The position numbers and the translations under genes are program-made. Below, piece after piece: positions 13,326-25,560 of a DNA stretch of 64,000 bases. Every line of letters starts with the position of its first letter. Positions within the stretch are counted from its first letter, which is position 1. The stretch is from Anthoceros angustus (Eukaryota; Plantae; Anthocerotophyta): NCBI GenBank assembly GCA_010909165.1, contig VJWM01000178.1, positions 372,001 through 436,000 of the forward strand. The letters are read 5' to 3'. The notes beneath the pieces were generated by a model that was given only the letters and a program-made list of their open reading frames with translations, was not told the origin of the DNA and ran no database searches.

Positions 13326-14061
13326 GAGCTCTCTCACGCCCCTCCCTCCACCGCTCACCAGCGGTATCGATGAGACGCGACCCACAGGGTGAAATGCACG
13401 CATTCTCCACACCACATGCTCAAGATCCCCGAGCCCGCGCCGCCTGCCACAGCCCACCACACCTCCACATCCCCCCAGCCTGCTAGCAACCTCGAATTCA
13501 AGTTCCTCCAGCACCAAGGGCAACCTGCGCAGGCAGACGAGTCCAGTGATGTGCTCCTCGCCCGACCGAATTCGCAATCAGAGCTTGCCTGATTTCAACA
13601 GGCTCGAAGGCTCCCCGAATTTCCTCTTCCGCACTGCATACATACAAACGTGATGTTCCCGCGTCTCCAGCCTCCAGCTTCGACTGTAAAGGAGCCCTTG
13701 GACTACTCTCACGATTCGGCCCCACCGGACACTTAGCTTACCAGTATTTTAAAAGCTTTTTATACAAAACTTCAAATTGTGGACAGCTCGAGGACCAGAC
13801 CGTCTCGACCCCGGGGTGCAGGTCTTGCTGATGGGAAGAAGCAGGACGAGGCGTTCAAGCGCAAGCAGCAGCGGGTGCCGTGATCTGGTGAGTTCAACCC
13901 GGGTGTGTAGTTTTCTGAAGAGTGTGATAGGGACCTGACTTGAACGTGGAATTGGAATTGGCATGATCAGGATCAGGATCATGAGCGAAAGTGCATCCGG
14001 TGGGAGTCCAAGCTTTTGCTCTGATCCTTGGTAGGGAAATCGGCATCCAGTTGCGATTTCG

Positions 14062-14802
14062 ATGAAGGGGCAACGAGCAGGAGCTTGGGATTACCAGTCC
14101 CTGACTGCTCCACGGGGGTACGTGCTTGGGGCCATCTTAATTAGTGATCGTGTCTCTCGCATCATCTTCAGGTGCTGCGTTTGTGTGCTGTTAGGTTTTT
14201 CTGTGAATGCGTGCAGGTGTTTCTGCAGCCAGTGTCATTTCACTTAGGCAGATGCTGGTGTAGTTTCTGAGATGTTAAGAGTCGGCTGTCTGTTTGAATG
14301 CTGCTGCACAGGGATGGGCTCAGCAACAGATCCAGTCACGAAGTTCAACTGCGTGTAGATCCAATTGGGGATTTTGACGAAGAGGTGGATGGTCTCCGTA
14401 GCAAGGTGGCTGTGCTCAAAGGGGTATGTGTCGCGTCAAGGGTTTCTGTCTCCAGTGCCAGTCAGCAAGATAGCGTAATATTGAAGGTGCTCCATGCCAC
14501 AGGTTGTCCAGGAGATCGAGTCAGAGACCAGATTTCAAAACGAATTGCTCTCTCAACTGGTAAGTCGGACTGAAGCTGAACGTGTGAAGCTGGTGCTTTC
14601 TAGCATCTTTTCCTCCTCTTCGGGCTGACAGCCTGTTTTGCAGGAGGCAACCATGGGGAAGGCCCAAGCTGGACTCAAAAATACCATGAGAAGACTGAAC
14701 CGAAGTTTGGCGGTCAATGGGTCGAACTACGTCACGCATGTCGTTCTCTTTGCATTGCTGTGTTTCTTGGGTGTATACCTGTGGACAAAATTCTTTAGGT
14801 GA
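14062..14802 (+). CDS. Qc-SNARE, SFT1/Bet1-like (4 coding exons)
   Basis: Spliced product ...RDGLSNRSSHEVQLRVDPIGDFDEEVDGLRSKVAVLKG|VVQEIESETRFQNELLSQL|EATMGKAQAGLKNTMRRLNRS, followed by a C-terminal TM segment (VVLFALLCFLGVYLWTKFFR*). Resembles plant SFT11/SFT12. Confidence 0.9.
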
Positions 14803-15202
14803 TCTGGAAGTGGCCCATACAGTATAAAGCAGTGGAGATTACACGTTCTGGAATCTTCAAAAGGTGTTGCCGTGTCATAAGTTTTATGGCCACAATTCTT
14901 ATCATCTGGAGAGGCCTGCCTTGTTGCTTATTAGCCCGCTGATGAGTTTAACTTTATCAGTTCGACTTCCTAGCCCAGACTGTGTATTACCACTACCACA
15001 CGAAGTTCTCTTAACCTGAAAGAAGACTTATTAGGAGCGTAACTCCCTTGAGCTGGGGTGCCTTTGTATGTCGCAGCACCGCCTGGATTGCTATCCGCTC
15101 TCGACGAGTTCGTCACTATCCCATTCCGTGCGGCTTGCGTTGCAGGATCTGCTGGCTGGTGCGTGATTCGGTGCTTTCGTCTTGGGTCTTGATTTGTTGA
15201 GG

Positions 15203-18200
15203 ATGGTCCCTGTCATCTCGCCGTGCCAAAGGCCCGGCTTGGGGCTCGCCTTGGCATTCACGTCCCGCTGGTGCACCGCTTCAAGCAGAGCCGCTCCTTG
15301 TCCTCACGCTCTGCCTGTGATGCCCCCCGCTTCCCTGCCCACTCCATCCAACTTTCTTCTATTTGTGTGTGGGTGTGCGTGTGTGCGTGTGTGCGTCTAT
15401 GTGTGTGATTTGTGTGTGCGACGATCTTTGTCAATGGATGCTGCATGTCAAGTCGTGGCCAGCTAGTGGTGGGTTGTCTCCTTGGGCTCCAATTTCATCT
15501 GGTTGTGGGGGAATTCAGCTAGCCATTCCTGCAGTGGAGACTTTCCTCACTCGCCAGTACTTAAAATGAGAATATCTGGTGTAGCTTGACTTCCCAGTTG
15601 AGGGTCGAATTGTGAATGGCTTGGAAGAGTACGCTGGTAGCTTCTTTTTGAGTACCTGTGTTTTCGAAACGCTGGTCTGAGAGACTAAACTCCAAGAACA
15701 GCTCAGTTTTGCGTCCGCTAGAAAAATAGTTGATTGTAGTTCTTTGTGGGCTCCTTCTGACTGAATCTGGATTACCTCGTTCGAAACAGAGTTATAGATT
15801 TGTACTAGGTTGTAATTGAAAGTTTACTCAACATCATACGTTGATTGGATTGCAGGGTAAGGCTCTTTGGCAGTTGAGAAGGCATCGCACAACCTGCAAA
15901 TCCTTCGATCAGTTTCCGAAATTTAGGGCGAATCCCAGTGTAAATTGTTTTGTCCAGTCGCTGCTATGCCGTATGGTAATCTGATTCAGTAAGGTCAATA
16001 ATTGATTACCAGCCATTCTGTGGCATGCAGACTCTTGGTTCCTGTTGTCATTTGGTCGGCAATCTTCAAACATTGCGGGTGGGTTGTCTAATGAGCAGCA
16101 GACATGCCAAATAGATCGTCGCCTCTGCTTGTTCCTTTTTGCAGCGGATACCCCACAGTGCCAATCTTATATTGTTTTCACATTATCCTCATTCCAGGGA
16201 GCTGGTCCAGACTTGGGAAGGGTGACTTGTACTGTTGCAGCTCAGCCCCTTTCTACAGCTGCAGCTGAAAAAGCAGCAATGAAGGAGACTCCGAAGGAAA
16301 TCTTCTTGAAAGATTACAAGAGACCAGACTATGAGTTTGAGACGGTGCATCTAGGACCCACTTATCTGCCTCCCCTTATACAAGCATCTCCATGCACCTT
16401 CCTAACCCCTTTCTTGGCAGGTTGCTCTTAAATTCAAACTGGGCGAAGAAAACACAAACGTTCTGTCAACCATCCATGTGATTCCCAAGCACACAGGTAG
16501 TGGCAGTTGTAGAAAGAAGACAATGTCTGGGATAATAACCATGACCCTCGTTTTTGTCGAATTGCGCTTGTACTTTTCAAAGTCTGAATGTTGGTTACGT
16601 GCAGGAGGTGTACCACTCTCTTTGAATGGGGAAGATTTGAAGTTAGTCTCTATTAAAATCAATGGCAAAGATGTGGACGTAAGTGACTGTGGGATGACTT
16701 TGTGAGCCTGTCAAGGTGATGATCAGCCACTAATTCTGCAGATAACTGGTGCAGGAAGAGAATTTGAGCTTGACAGCCCGCCATTTGGTGCTTTCTTCAC
16801 TGCCTTCAGAGCCCTTTGACTTGGAGATAGAAACAGAGATCGAACCGCAGAACAACACCACCCTTGAGGTCCTTGCTCATTATGATTGGCAGCCTTTATA
16901 CAGCTTACAATAGAAGTGTGTAAAGTGCTGCAACATCTAGGACTTGTTGGTAGCTAACCCCGTTGGAAATTACAGGGTCTCTACAAGTCATCTGGTAACT
17001 TTTGCACACAATGTGAAGCTGAGGGCTTCCGCAGAATCACGTACTACCAGGCATGCTACCCCTACATGCTTGTGCCCAGGCTAGTTACATTGGTGGTAAC
17101 AATGTGGTGCTGGGAGAAGGTCTCACCTCAGAATTTGGTTTTGAGTGTGATGGATGGATTGACTTGAAAATACAGGACCGTCCAGATGTGATGTCAAAGT
17201 TCACTACTCGAATTGAGGGAGACAAGTCTCTGTATCCTGTGCTTCTGTCAAATGGGAACCTTGTTGAGCAAGGAGATCTATCTGTGAGTGGATGCCACTA
17301 CCTTGGATGTGGTAGAGCTGGTTAGTTTTTGGCAATGCCTGCAGATTGATTATCGTATTTTTGTTACTCTGGCGGTTTTGTTTCAGGATGGTGCTCATTA
17401 TGCTGTGTGGGAAGATCCTTTCTTGAAGCCTTGCTACCTTTTCGCATTGGTTGCTGGTCAGCTTGCCTGTCGAGAAGACACATTCACTACCTGTACAGGC
17501 CGAAAGGTGGTGCTGAGGATATGGACACCAGAGCAGGATATCGGTAAAACATCTCATGCTATGGTTTCTCTGAAGTCAGCCATGAAGTGGGATGAGGAGG
17601 TAACTACCAAACCTTGGCCTAATGTCTAAGTTCTACTGGACTACAGTAATATCCCTCTCGTGTACCAGGTATTTGGGCTGGAGTATGACTTGGACCTCTT
17701 CAACATTGTTGCTGTCCCCGATTTTAATATGTAAGCTTTTTTCCACGTTTGGGAGGCTTTTAGGGCAACAGAAATTAAGTCTGACTTATATAGAATTGTT
17801 CTACCTCTTTCTAGTTACCCGTTTGGTCTTCTTGTGACAGGGGGGCAATGGAGAACAAGAGTCTGAATGTAGGTCCCTCAGATTTGCCGGCAGAATACTG
17901 TAGTTGTAAGCTTATAGTTCTTGGTGACGTTTGCTTGTTTATGAATTTTGTGTATGTATTTTGCAGATTTTCAATTCAAAACTGGTCTTGGCATCTCCTG
18001 AGACAGCTACTGATGCCGATTATGCTTCCATTGAGGGTGTGATAGGACATGAGGTGTGTTCACAATATTTTCTGTTGTATCAAGAAGCTACCAATCACTT
18101 ATTGAGAAACTTCTGGCATTGACTTGTGGGTGGTTGTGAAATTCCTGCTGATGGGATTATCAGTATTTCCACAACTGGACTGGAAACAGGTGCATGCTTA

Positions 18201-21200
18201 CTTCCAGTACAGCAACTTGACATTTTTTCCCTTGTCAATGCTGTAGTACACTACTTATTCTGTATGTACTAAAGCACTCGTATTTGTGCCCTTCTTTGAT
18301 GACAGGGTTACATGTCGTGACTGGTTTCAACTCAGTTTGAAGGAAGGTTTGACTGTATTCAGAGATCAGGTGAGAATTATACTGATGAATCATCAGCTTA
18401 TTCTTTTCTGGTTGAGATGATAGGTGAAATCCATCAAGATTCTGATATACATAGCTCGTATTGGTTCTGTACTATTCAGGAATTCTCATCCGATATGGGT
18501 AGTCGAGCTGTGAAACGAATTGGTGATGTCATGCGTCTTCGCATATCACAATTTTCACAGGTAGTTGGCACATTGCATGAAATATATGATTATTTAAAAG
18601 TGGGCTTGAGGTTTGTACCGTTGATGATAAACAGGTCATCTTGTCTTTCTTTTGCAGGATGCTGGTCCTATGGCTCACCCTGTCCGACCACATTCTTACA
18701 TCAAGGTAGCCCCCAGCATAAACTTCTGCTTTTCCTGTTTTATCCCCTCAATGTTCTGTCAGTCTGCACGGCACTCAATTCTTTTTGACAAGCTTGTGGT
18801 TGGCTCATGAGATGGTGTTGCCTTGTAGCCCATTCTGTCAGTCTTTGGGTAAGTGCAGTATCAGATTCTAACCGGTAATGTTGGTTTCCGTACATCAGAT
18901 GGACAACTTCTACACAGTGACAGTAAGCCCATTTGTCCACTGTTTGTAAACTTCTGGGTTGGAGCTCTTTGCAACACTTCTTGGCCTAATGTGTCTCTGT
19001 GAACTGTCTTACAACTCCTGACGACTGGATTCAACAGGTCTATGAAAAGGTATGATACAGAACAATACACCTTGGGGCTTTGCATTGGCTTTATGCACTT
19101 CTGTCTTATTCATCATTATCACTCTTGTGCTCCAGGGTGCGGAGGTTGTGCGGATGTACCAGACATTGCTAGGGAAGCAGGGCTTTAGAAAGGTTGGCCA
19201 CGTCTGAGAGAGTGAGTTGCTTTGGCGCAGGTGACATTGACTACTTCATCATTCTAAATGTTCTGTCATGGCTGGGTGCAGGGAATGGATTTGTATTTCA
19301 AGCGTCATGATGGGCAAGCTGTAACTTGTGAAGACTTCTTGGCAGCAATGAGGGATGCCAACGGTGCAGATCTTGGCAACTTCTCCTTATGGTTTGTTCT
19401 GTCCTCCTTTCACTGGCCTGCATTCAGTTCATTTTGGAGCACAGATCACATGGAATGCTACTTGTCATGCATGAAGCTAGTCAGGTTGCGATAATGCGAG
19501 ATCTGGAAAAGTTACTTCTAGCTGATGCTGAATATGCACATGAATGCAATTTTTGTGCTCCCAGGTATGCTCAGGCTGGGACGCCTGTAGTTACTGTGGA
19601 GACTAGCTATGATCCAGAGCGACATTCGTTTACTCTCAAGTGCAGGTATGTCTGGTTGAGTGTCTTGTGTGATGGGGGCCTGTAGCAGTATTGCTGCTCA
19701 CCTTGGCATTTGTGAGCTTCTGCGGGACATATGCTTTTGATTTGCTTGTAGTTGATCCGCTTTTGCACTGCTCAGGCAGGAAGTTCCCCCAACTCCAGGG
19801 CAGCCAGTCAAGGAGCCAATGCTTATCCCCCTTGCTGTGGGCCTCTTGGGCACTGACGGGAAAGACATACCACTCTCCTCTATTTCGGATGGTGTTTCTG
19901 TGAAGTCATTGAAGAATGCGGATGGCAGCTTGCCAACAACTGTTGTCATTCGGATAGAAAAGGTAGGTTTCTTCTGTAGTATACAGGCATGGGTAACAGG
20001 ATTTGGTGTTATCCTGTCCTCTAATATGTCACTGTAGGCATGGCTAACAGGGTTTGGCCTTCTCTGTCACCTTATATGCAGGCTGAGGAAGAGTTTACTC
20101 TGCTTGACATCCCAGTGAAACCAGTTCCCTCCTTGCTACGCAATTTCAGTGCCCCTGTGCGGCTGGTTGTAGATGTCCGTGATGAAGATTTACTCTTTCG
20201 CCTGGCTCATGACTCGGATGAGTTCAACCGGTTTGTAATCTTGGAAAGCTGTTTTGAAAAGGAAGGCATCACTAGCTCTTACCCGTATGGAAGTCAACTC
20301 TCATTGCTTATATTAGCTTTTTGCATACAGGTGGGAGGCAGGACAGACTTTGGGCAGAAAGGTTCTTCTTGATCTGGTGGCCCGTGTACAAAAAGGTGAA
20401 GACCTGACAGTCGACAAGGCATACATCGAAGGCATGCGGAGCATTTTGGTTGATACATCTCTGGATAAGGTGTGCAATTCTTGCTGCTTGTAGTTCTTCC
20501 CGGTAGGTTCTTTGGTGATAATAAGCAGGTGAAAATCAAGAACTCTGTCTCTGCAGGAATTTATATCGAAGGCCCTCACCCTCCCAGGGGAAAGTGAACT
20601 TGTTGACCTCATGGAGGTGGCAGATCCAGATGCCATTCACACTGCACGCCGGTATCTAATCAAACAGCTGGCCAGTTCGCTAGAGAACGAATTTTTGCAG
20701 GCGGTGAGGATTTGTTTGAAATACAGTGGCTGTGGGAGCTTTGTCAAGATTTTGGGTCTACATCTTCCATTATTTGTGGCTTTACTAACATTATCACACG
20801 TTTTATAGCTGGAGAGCAATCAGAGCTCTGAGGAGTATAATCCTCTACACCCAGCCAGGGCACGGCGTTCTCTGAAAAATGCTGCCCTAGGTACGTTTGC
20901 TTAGGTTCTGCCGGCACTAAAGCTCTTCCTTGCATTCGCCGGAAGGTAGACACTGAGTGCTTCTCTCTCTGCTTGTTGGCAGGCTATCTTACTGCTCTAG
21001 ACAAAAATGCCACAACTGAGCTAGCTGTGAAGGCATTCCGAGAAGCAAAGAACATGACTGACCAGTTTGCTGCCCTTGTTGCTTTGGCTCAAAACCCGGG
21101 TGAAGCACGTGTTAAAGCTCTTGCTGACTTTTATGAACAATGGAAGGATGACGCTTTGGTAAGTACTCGCTTTCTATCCAAACGAATTTTTCCAATTAAC

Positions 21201-21918
21201 GGATTGCTGAGCGGCTTCATGGTGCGCTGTGTTTTCAGGTTGTGAACAAGTGGTTGTTGCTGCAAGCGGCTGGTGATATTCCTGGCAATGTGGAAAATGT
21301 CCGAAAGCTTTTGAAGCATCCTGCTTTCAACATCACAAACCCGAATAAGGTGTGCGCCTTGGACGTGTCCTTCAAAGCATGCTGACCGAACTATTATCCT
21401 GGACTGAAGCTTATTCGTCATGATTTCAGGTGTACTCTCTCATTGGTGGCTTTTGCGCAAGCGCCATCAACTTCCATGCCAAGGATGGCTCTGGCTATAA
21501 GTTTCTTGCGGACATCGTGTTAGAGCTGGACAAGCTGAACCCACAGGTTTCGTATTTGCTGCCCATAAGGAATCCCAGCTACATGATTTGCCTTTCTGTC
21601 GAAGCTTATCTCAATGCAACATGTGCTACGATTGCAGGTCGCAGCGCGAATGGTCTCAGCCTTCTCCAGGTGGAAAAGGTTCGATGAGGAGCGGCAGTTT
21701 CACTCCAAGGTAGTTTTGGAGATTCTCTTCAGCTTCTTTGCCTACGTGAGGGTTGTTGTGAAGCCGAGAAATTATGAGGGTCAGTGTGAGGCTGAGAAAT
21801 TAAGTGGCGTTAACGAGATTCATGGACTGTGGTGCAGGCGCAATTGACGAAGATCACAACTACTGAGGGTTTGTCAGACAACGTGTTCGAAATTGCATCC
21901 AAGAGTCTAGGGTTGTAG
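15203..21918 (+). CDS. M1 family aminopeptidase N (puromycin-sensitive aminopeptidase-like, PepN type), ~30 exons, probable organellar transit peptide; start uncertain
   Basis: [53 protein letters not shown] (GAMEN motif), GHE|[23 protein letters not shown] (HEXXH-X18-E), MDNFYTVT|VYEK|GAEVVR and C-terminus [16 protein letters not shown]. Confidence 0.95.
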
Positions 21919-23639
21919 ACAACAGTTGCACGTTTGCCGAGTCGGGGCTTTTGCTGAAGAGCTCCAGAATGGACTCGGACAATGGTAGGATGTTTGGCTA
22001 AGTTATCGCCGGTAGCGTTTGGACCGAGCAACGTTATATTTCCACTTACAGCTTTCTGTAGATGTTCCGCCCTGAATGCCGCGTGCTGTGCACACTCACG
22101 GTCGTGGTGGTTGTGCTGTCGGGTATCGCGTAACGTGGAAGGAAAGTTGTAGCGTCTCGGTGTTCTGAAAGTGTTTATATCACCGTTTAGCTAGAAAGAT
22201 TTTCTTAATTTCAGGTTCTCGAGGCTCGAATAGAAAGGCTACTGGATGAACAGTGGTTCACGGGAGGTTGTCATCGGGTTGAGTCGGGTTTCATTGGCGG
22301 GAGGTTTGTCCGGGTTCTGGCTTCCCTGGATGAGGCCCAGAAAGAGCAGATAACAATCGGAGTTTTAACTCCAGATGACGGGGGTATAGGGTGTAGAAAG
22401 ACTGATTCACGAAATTTACCTGTATAAGTGCTCAAAAATGAATAGATTTTATGCTAGATATTGAAAATATTATTTCTTTTTCATTGATGAGTCCATATTG
22501 AGCTTTCAAGTTCTTAGTTGCTATTATAGTTGAGGTAATTCATTATGAACATTCATTTGAGAGATCACGTCGGTTACCAAGTGCCCTCAAGTGCTCCCAC
22601 CATGTCGAAAATCACTACACAATATAATATTATCTAGTTTTTTAGACTTATCGAGAACAGAATTTGAGCGTATTATTAAGTTTTACATCGTTCAAAAACT
22701 ATAATTTGGTTCATATTTGCACCAAAGACGTACACCGTTATGCCTTCGTCTACGGGTCTATGTCTTACTTCCCTTGCGGTGTCTTACACTGTTATGCCCT
22801 TACACTGCGTGCCTATTTCCTACTACCTGTTCAAGTGTCCACAAGTGACCAAGTGAGGCACACCATATCATCCACTTCCACCCTTGGTTTCTTCACATGG
22901 TCACCTCCAGATTAGTAATCTCCAATATTTCTTCCACAATAGGTTTATGACATGTTTCCACGGCATGAAAGTCTTCAAAATCTGTTTTCTCTCGTGCACT
23001 CATTCAAGGCAGTACACATGCTTCACTCAATGCTTGTAACCTCCAATGTCATATTTGCCCTTAAAACCATCCACCCACCTCTAGTTCCATTAAAAGCCTC
23101 TACATTCTTCTTCAATATCCGAGACACTGTCATTCAACTTACAAGTACTCATAATTTATTTGTAGCTCACCTTGCTACATCACCTTGAGACAAGCTAGGA
23201 TTGGCTTGACTATAAGCTAACAACTCTCTTTTTTACCCAAAATCTAGCTGACCCTTTGTGATCAATGGTCCAACATGACAGCCCAACTAGGTCGAGCAGG
23301 TCACGGTCTTCTCTCATAGACATTTCTGTGACAAAGTGGAGAGCATAAGATTCTGTCACTATGAATTTCTTTATTGTGTATTGTAACGTACAATGGCAGT
23401 GCTCCTTAGAGCATAGGGAGAAACAAGTCTCTTGAAGAGACACGATTGTTCAGCATGGGTCACAACCCTTCGTTTTTGTATGCCTTGATGGTCTAGATCT
23501 GGTAGTACTTTGTTGTTACGCCTGTGAATGCAATGACTATTTAATGGCAGCGGCATTACCAAGCTCAGTCGCAGTTATGAATGTGACTAAGGAAGCACCC
23601 GCTCTAGTCATCTATTCTTTTCGAACTTAAGGCATAAGC

Positions 23640-24340
23640 ATAAGCAAGACCATGTGTCCCCAGACTCTCACAGAATAAGAGGAGATGAGCTCTATTCCGT
23701 ATGCCGGATCTATCGGCACTCTTTAGCATCTCGTACAAAATAATCGGCCTGACCTAGCTCTTCCAGCCTCATGGACCTCTCAATTCCTTTCCCATGCGGG
23801 TCCACCTCATTGGCCCATCGATACTTGCAAGGCACTGGAAGAAGGGAATTAAATATCAGACAAAGAGCCCAAGACAAACTTATAGGTTTGACAGACGCGG
23901 ATTGGGCTAGTGATCTCGATTCTCGCAAGTCACCAAGTGGCTATGTCTTCTTACTCGCCGAAGGAGCTATCAGTTGGAAATCTAAGAAACAAACTTCTAT
24001 AGCTCTTAGCTCTGCAAAATTATCTGCAGCTGCTGCTAAGGAAGGCTTACGGTTGGTTCAGCTATTGGGGGATCTTGGTTACCCACACGATGAACCCAGA
24101 GAACTACGCTGTGACAACCAAGCCACAATTGCTCTCTCTAAGGATCTCAGATTTCACGAACGATTTAAGCCTGTCGAGCTTTGCTACCACTTCTTGCGAA
24201 TGAAGGTTGAGAGCGGAGAATTACATTTGACCTATGTGCCTACAGAAGACAAGTGGCGGACATACTTACGAAGCCATTGGCAAAGATTAAGCATGCTCAC
24301 TTCATATCTGCACTGGGACTTTCAGATCATCAATGATTTC
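23640..24340 (+). mobile_element. Ty1/Copia RT-RNaseH remnant
   Basis: IPYAGSIGTL, GLTDADWASDLDSRKSPSGYVFLLAEGAISWKSKKQ, LRCDNQATIALSKD, HLTYVPTED. The frame is broken by stops and frameshifts. Confidence 0.9.
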
Positions 24341-24399
24341 CCCGTCTCAACGTTTGAGCTTAAGGAGGCAGCCTGATCTTGTCAGGAAGTAACGAGATG

Positions 24400-24650
24400 G
24401 CTTTGTCTCCTTTGCGCTTTGCCCAATTGAGCATGTGTGTATGTCACAATTTTCTGATGTGCTATGCCATGGGCAAATAAATAAGTAGTTCTCAAACGCA
24501 GGGGACGTTAGCTCATTAGCGTTGTTAGTTCTGGAAATTTTAATTTGCTTGCTAGTTTGATTTTCTACCAAGGCTTTGTAGAGTTGAAAGGAAGCAAATG
24601 CTTCTGATTTGTACCTGAGGAAATAGAGGAAGGTGTAATGACTAAAATTG
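24400..24650 (-). mobile_element. Ty1/Copia integrase-core remnant (opposite strand to the RT fragment)
   Basis: FSHYTFLYFLRYKSEAFASFQLYKALVENQTSKQIKISRTNNANEL matches the Copia integrase core. Confidence 0.8.
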
Positions 24651-25560
24651 TTTCTAACGGCATGGCTCCTTGGCTTCTTGTGATACATCTTGATCAAAAC
24701 TTTAATGTCAAGTCATTACTCTTGGCCTGCCCATTAGTAACTGAATGGAAGGCTGTAGATATTTTATGCTTCACCATGAACATCCTAAGCATGCTTTCGA
24801 CTCCAACATTCACAAAATTCACGTCCTTGATTTGAGATCAACTTGTATGGGCATCTGAAACGAGTTATCACTTGATAATAGAGGAAGTGAGCAATATTGT
24901 CACCTAACGGACCATATAAGGTTTGCCAAATGCTTCAATCCCTTTCGTTGCATAATATGTTGCCATGGTGATAAAACAGTTTCCACGTAATAAACAATTT
25001 CCACGTATTACGTGGAAATGTGATCTAAACCCTAAACCCTAAAACGTTTCCACGTAATATGTGGAAACTGTTTATTACGTGGAAACTGTTTTATCACCAT
25101 GGCAACATATTATCCAATGAAAGGGATTGAAGCATTTGGCAAACGTGATTCTTAGTAAGGAACCGACTTCATAGATCTTATGTAATCTATCTAACCGCCA
25201 ATTAATAAAAGGAGCACTTGGGAAGATGATATTACTCAAATCTTTCGAGGACACAGGCATATTTTTGGCAGACAGACACACTATCTACAATATTACGTAA
25301 CATCTTTAAATAAACTGGGCCTAAAATACCTTCCTCTCATGACCTTTTTGGCCTCCAGAGCCAATGTCGTGCATCTTGAAAAGGACTTTTGGATTTGTGA
25401 CTCCCATTTACACAACCTCTCGATTTAATGACAAGCTCCAAAACCACTAACGAAATCAAAACAATGTGTTCATGTTCATCAAAACAATATGTTCATGTGT
25501 AATGTTGAACATTGATAGGCATAGAGTCCATAATGCTTGGATGGGATGCCACCCTTTACC
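24650..25560 (-). mobile_element. Ty3/Gypsy integrase remnant interrupted by a MITE
   Basis: Decayed translation: KMHDIGSGG, AKKVMRGRYFRPSLFKDVT*YCR*C..CQK (HHCC zinc finger), PSAPFINW, then beyond the MITE LYYQVITRFRCPYKLISNQGREF and KHKISTAFHSVTNGQAK. Confidence 0.75.
24920..25145. mobile_element. ~225-bp palindromic (foldback) MITE-like element
   Basis: Arms of ~95 bp are near-perfect inverted repeats (GTTTGCCAAATGCTTCAATCCCTTTC... / ...GAAAGGGATTGAAGCATTTGGCAAAC), flanked by TAA and TGA. Confidence 0.8.

Noticed and set aside
12543-13577. 344-aa ORF starting at 13577 as the EME1 start
   Set aside because: It starts at a non-ATG codon. The ATG at 13325 (MSPREVVCLSDSD) better fits the typical EME1 N-terminus.
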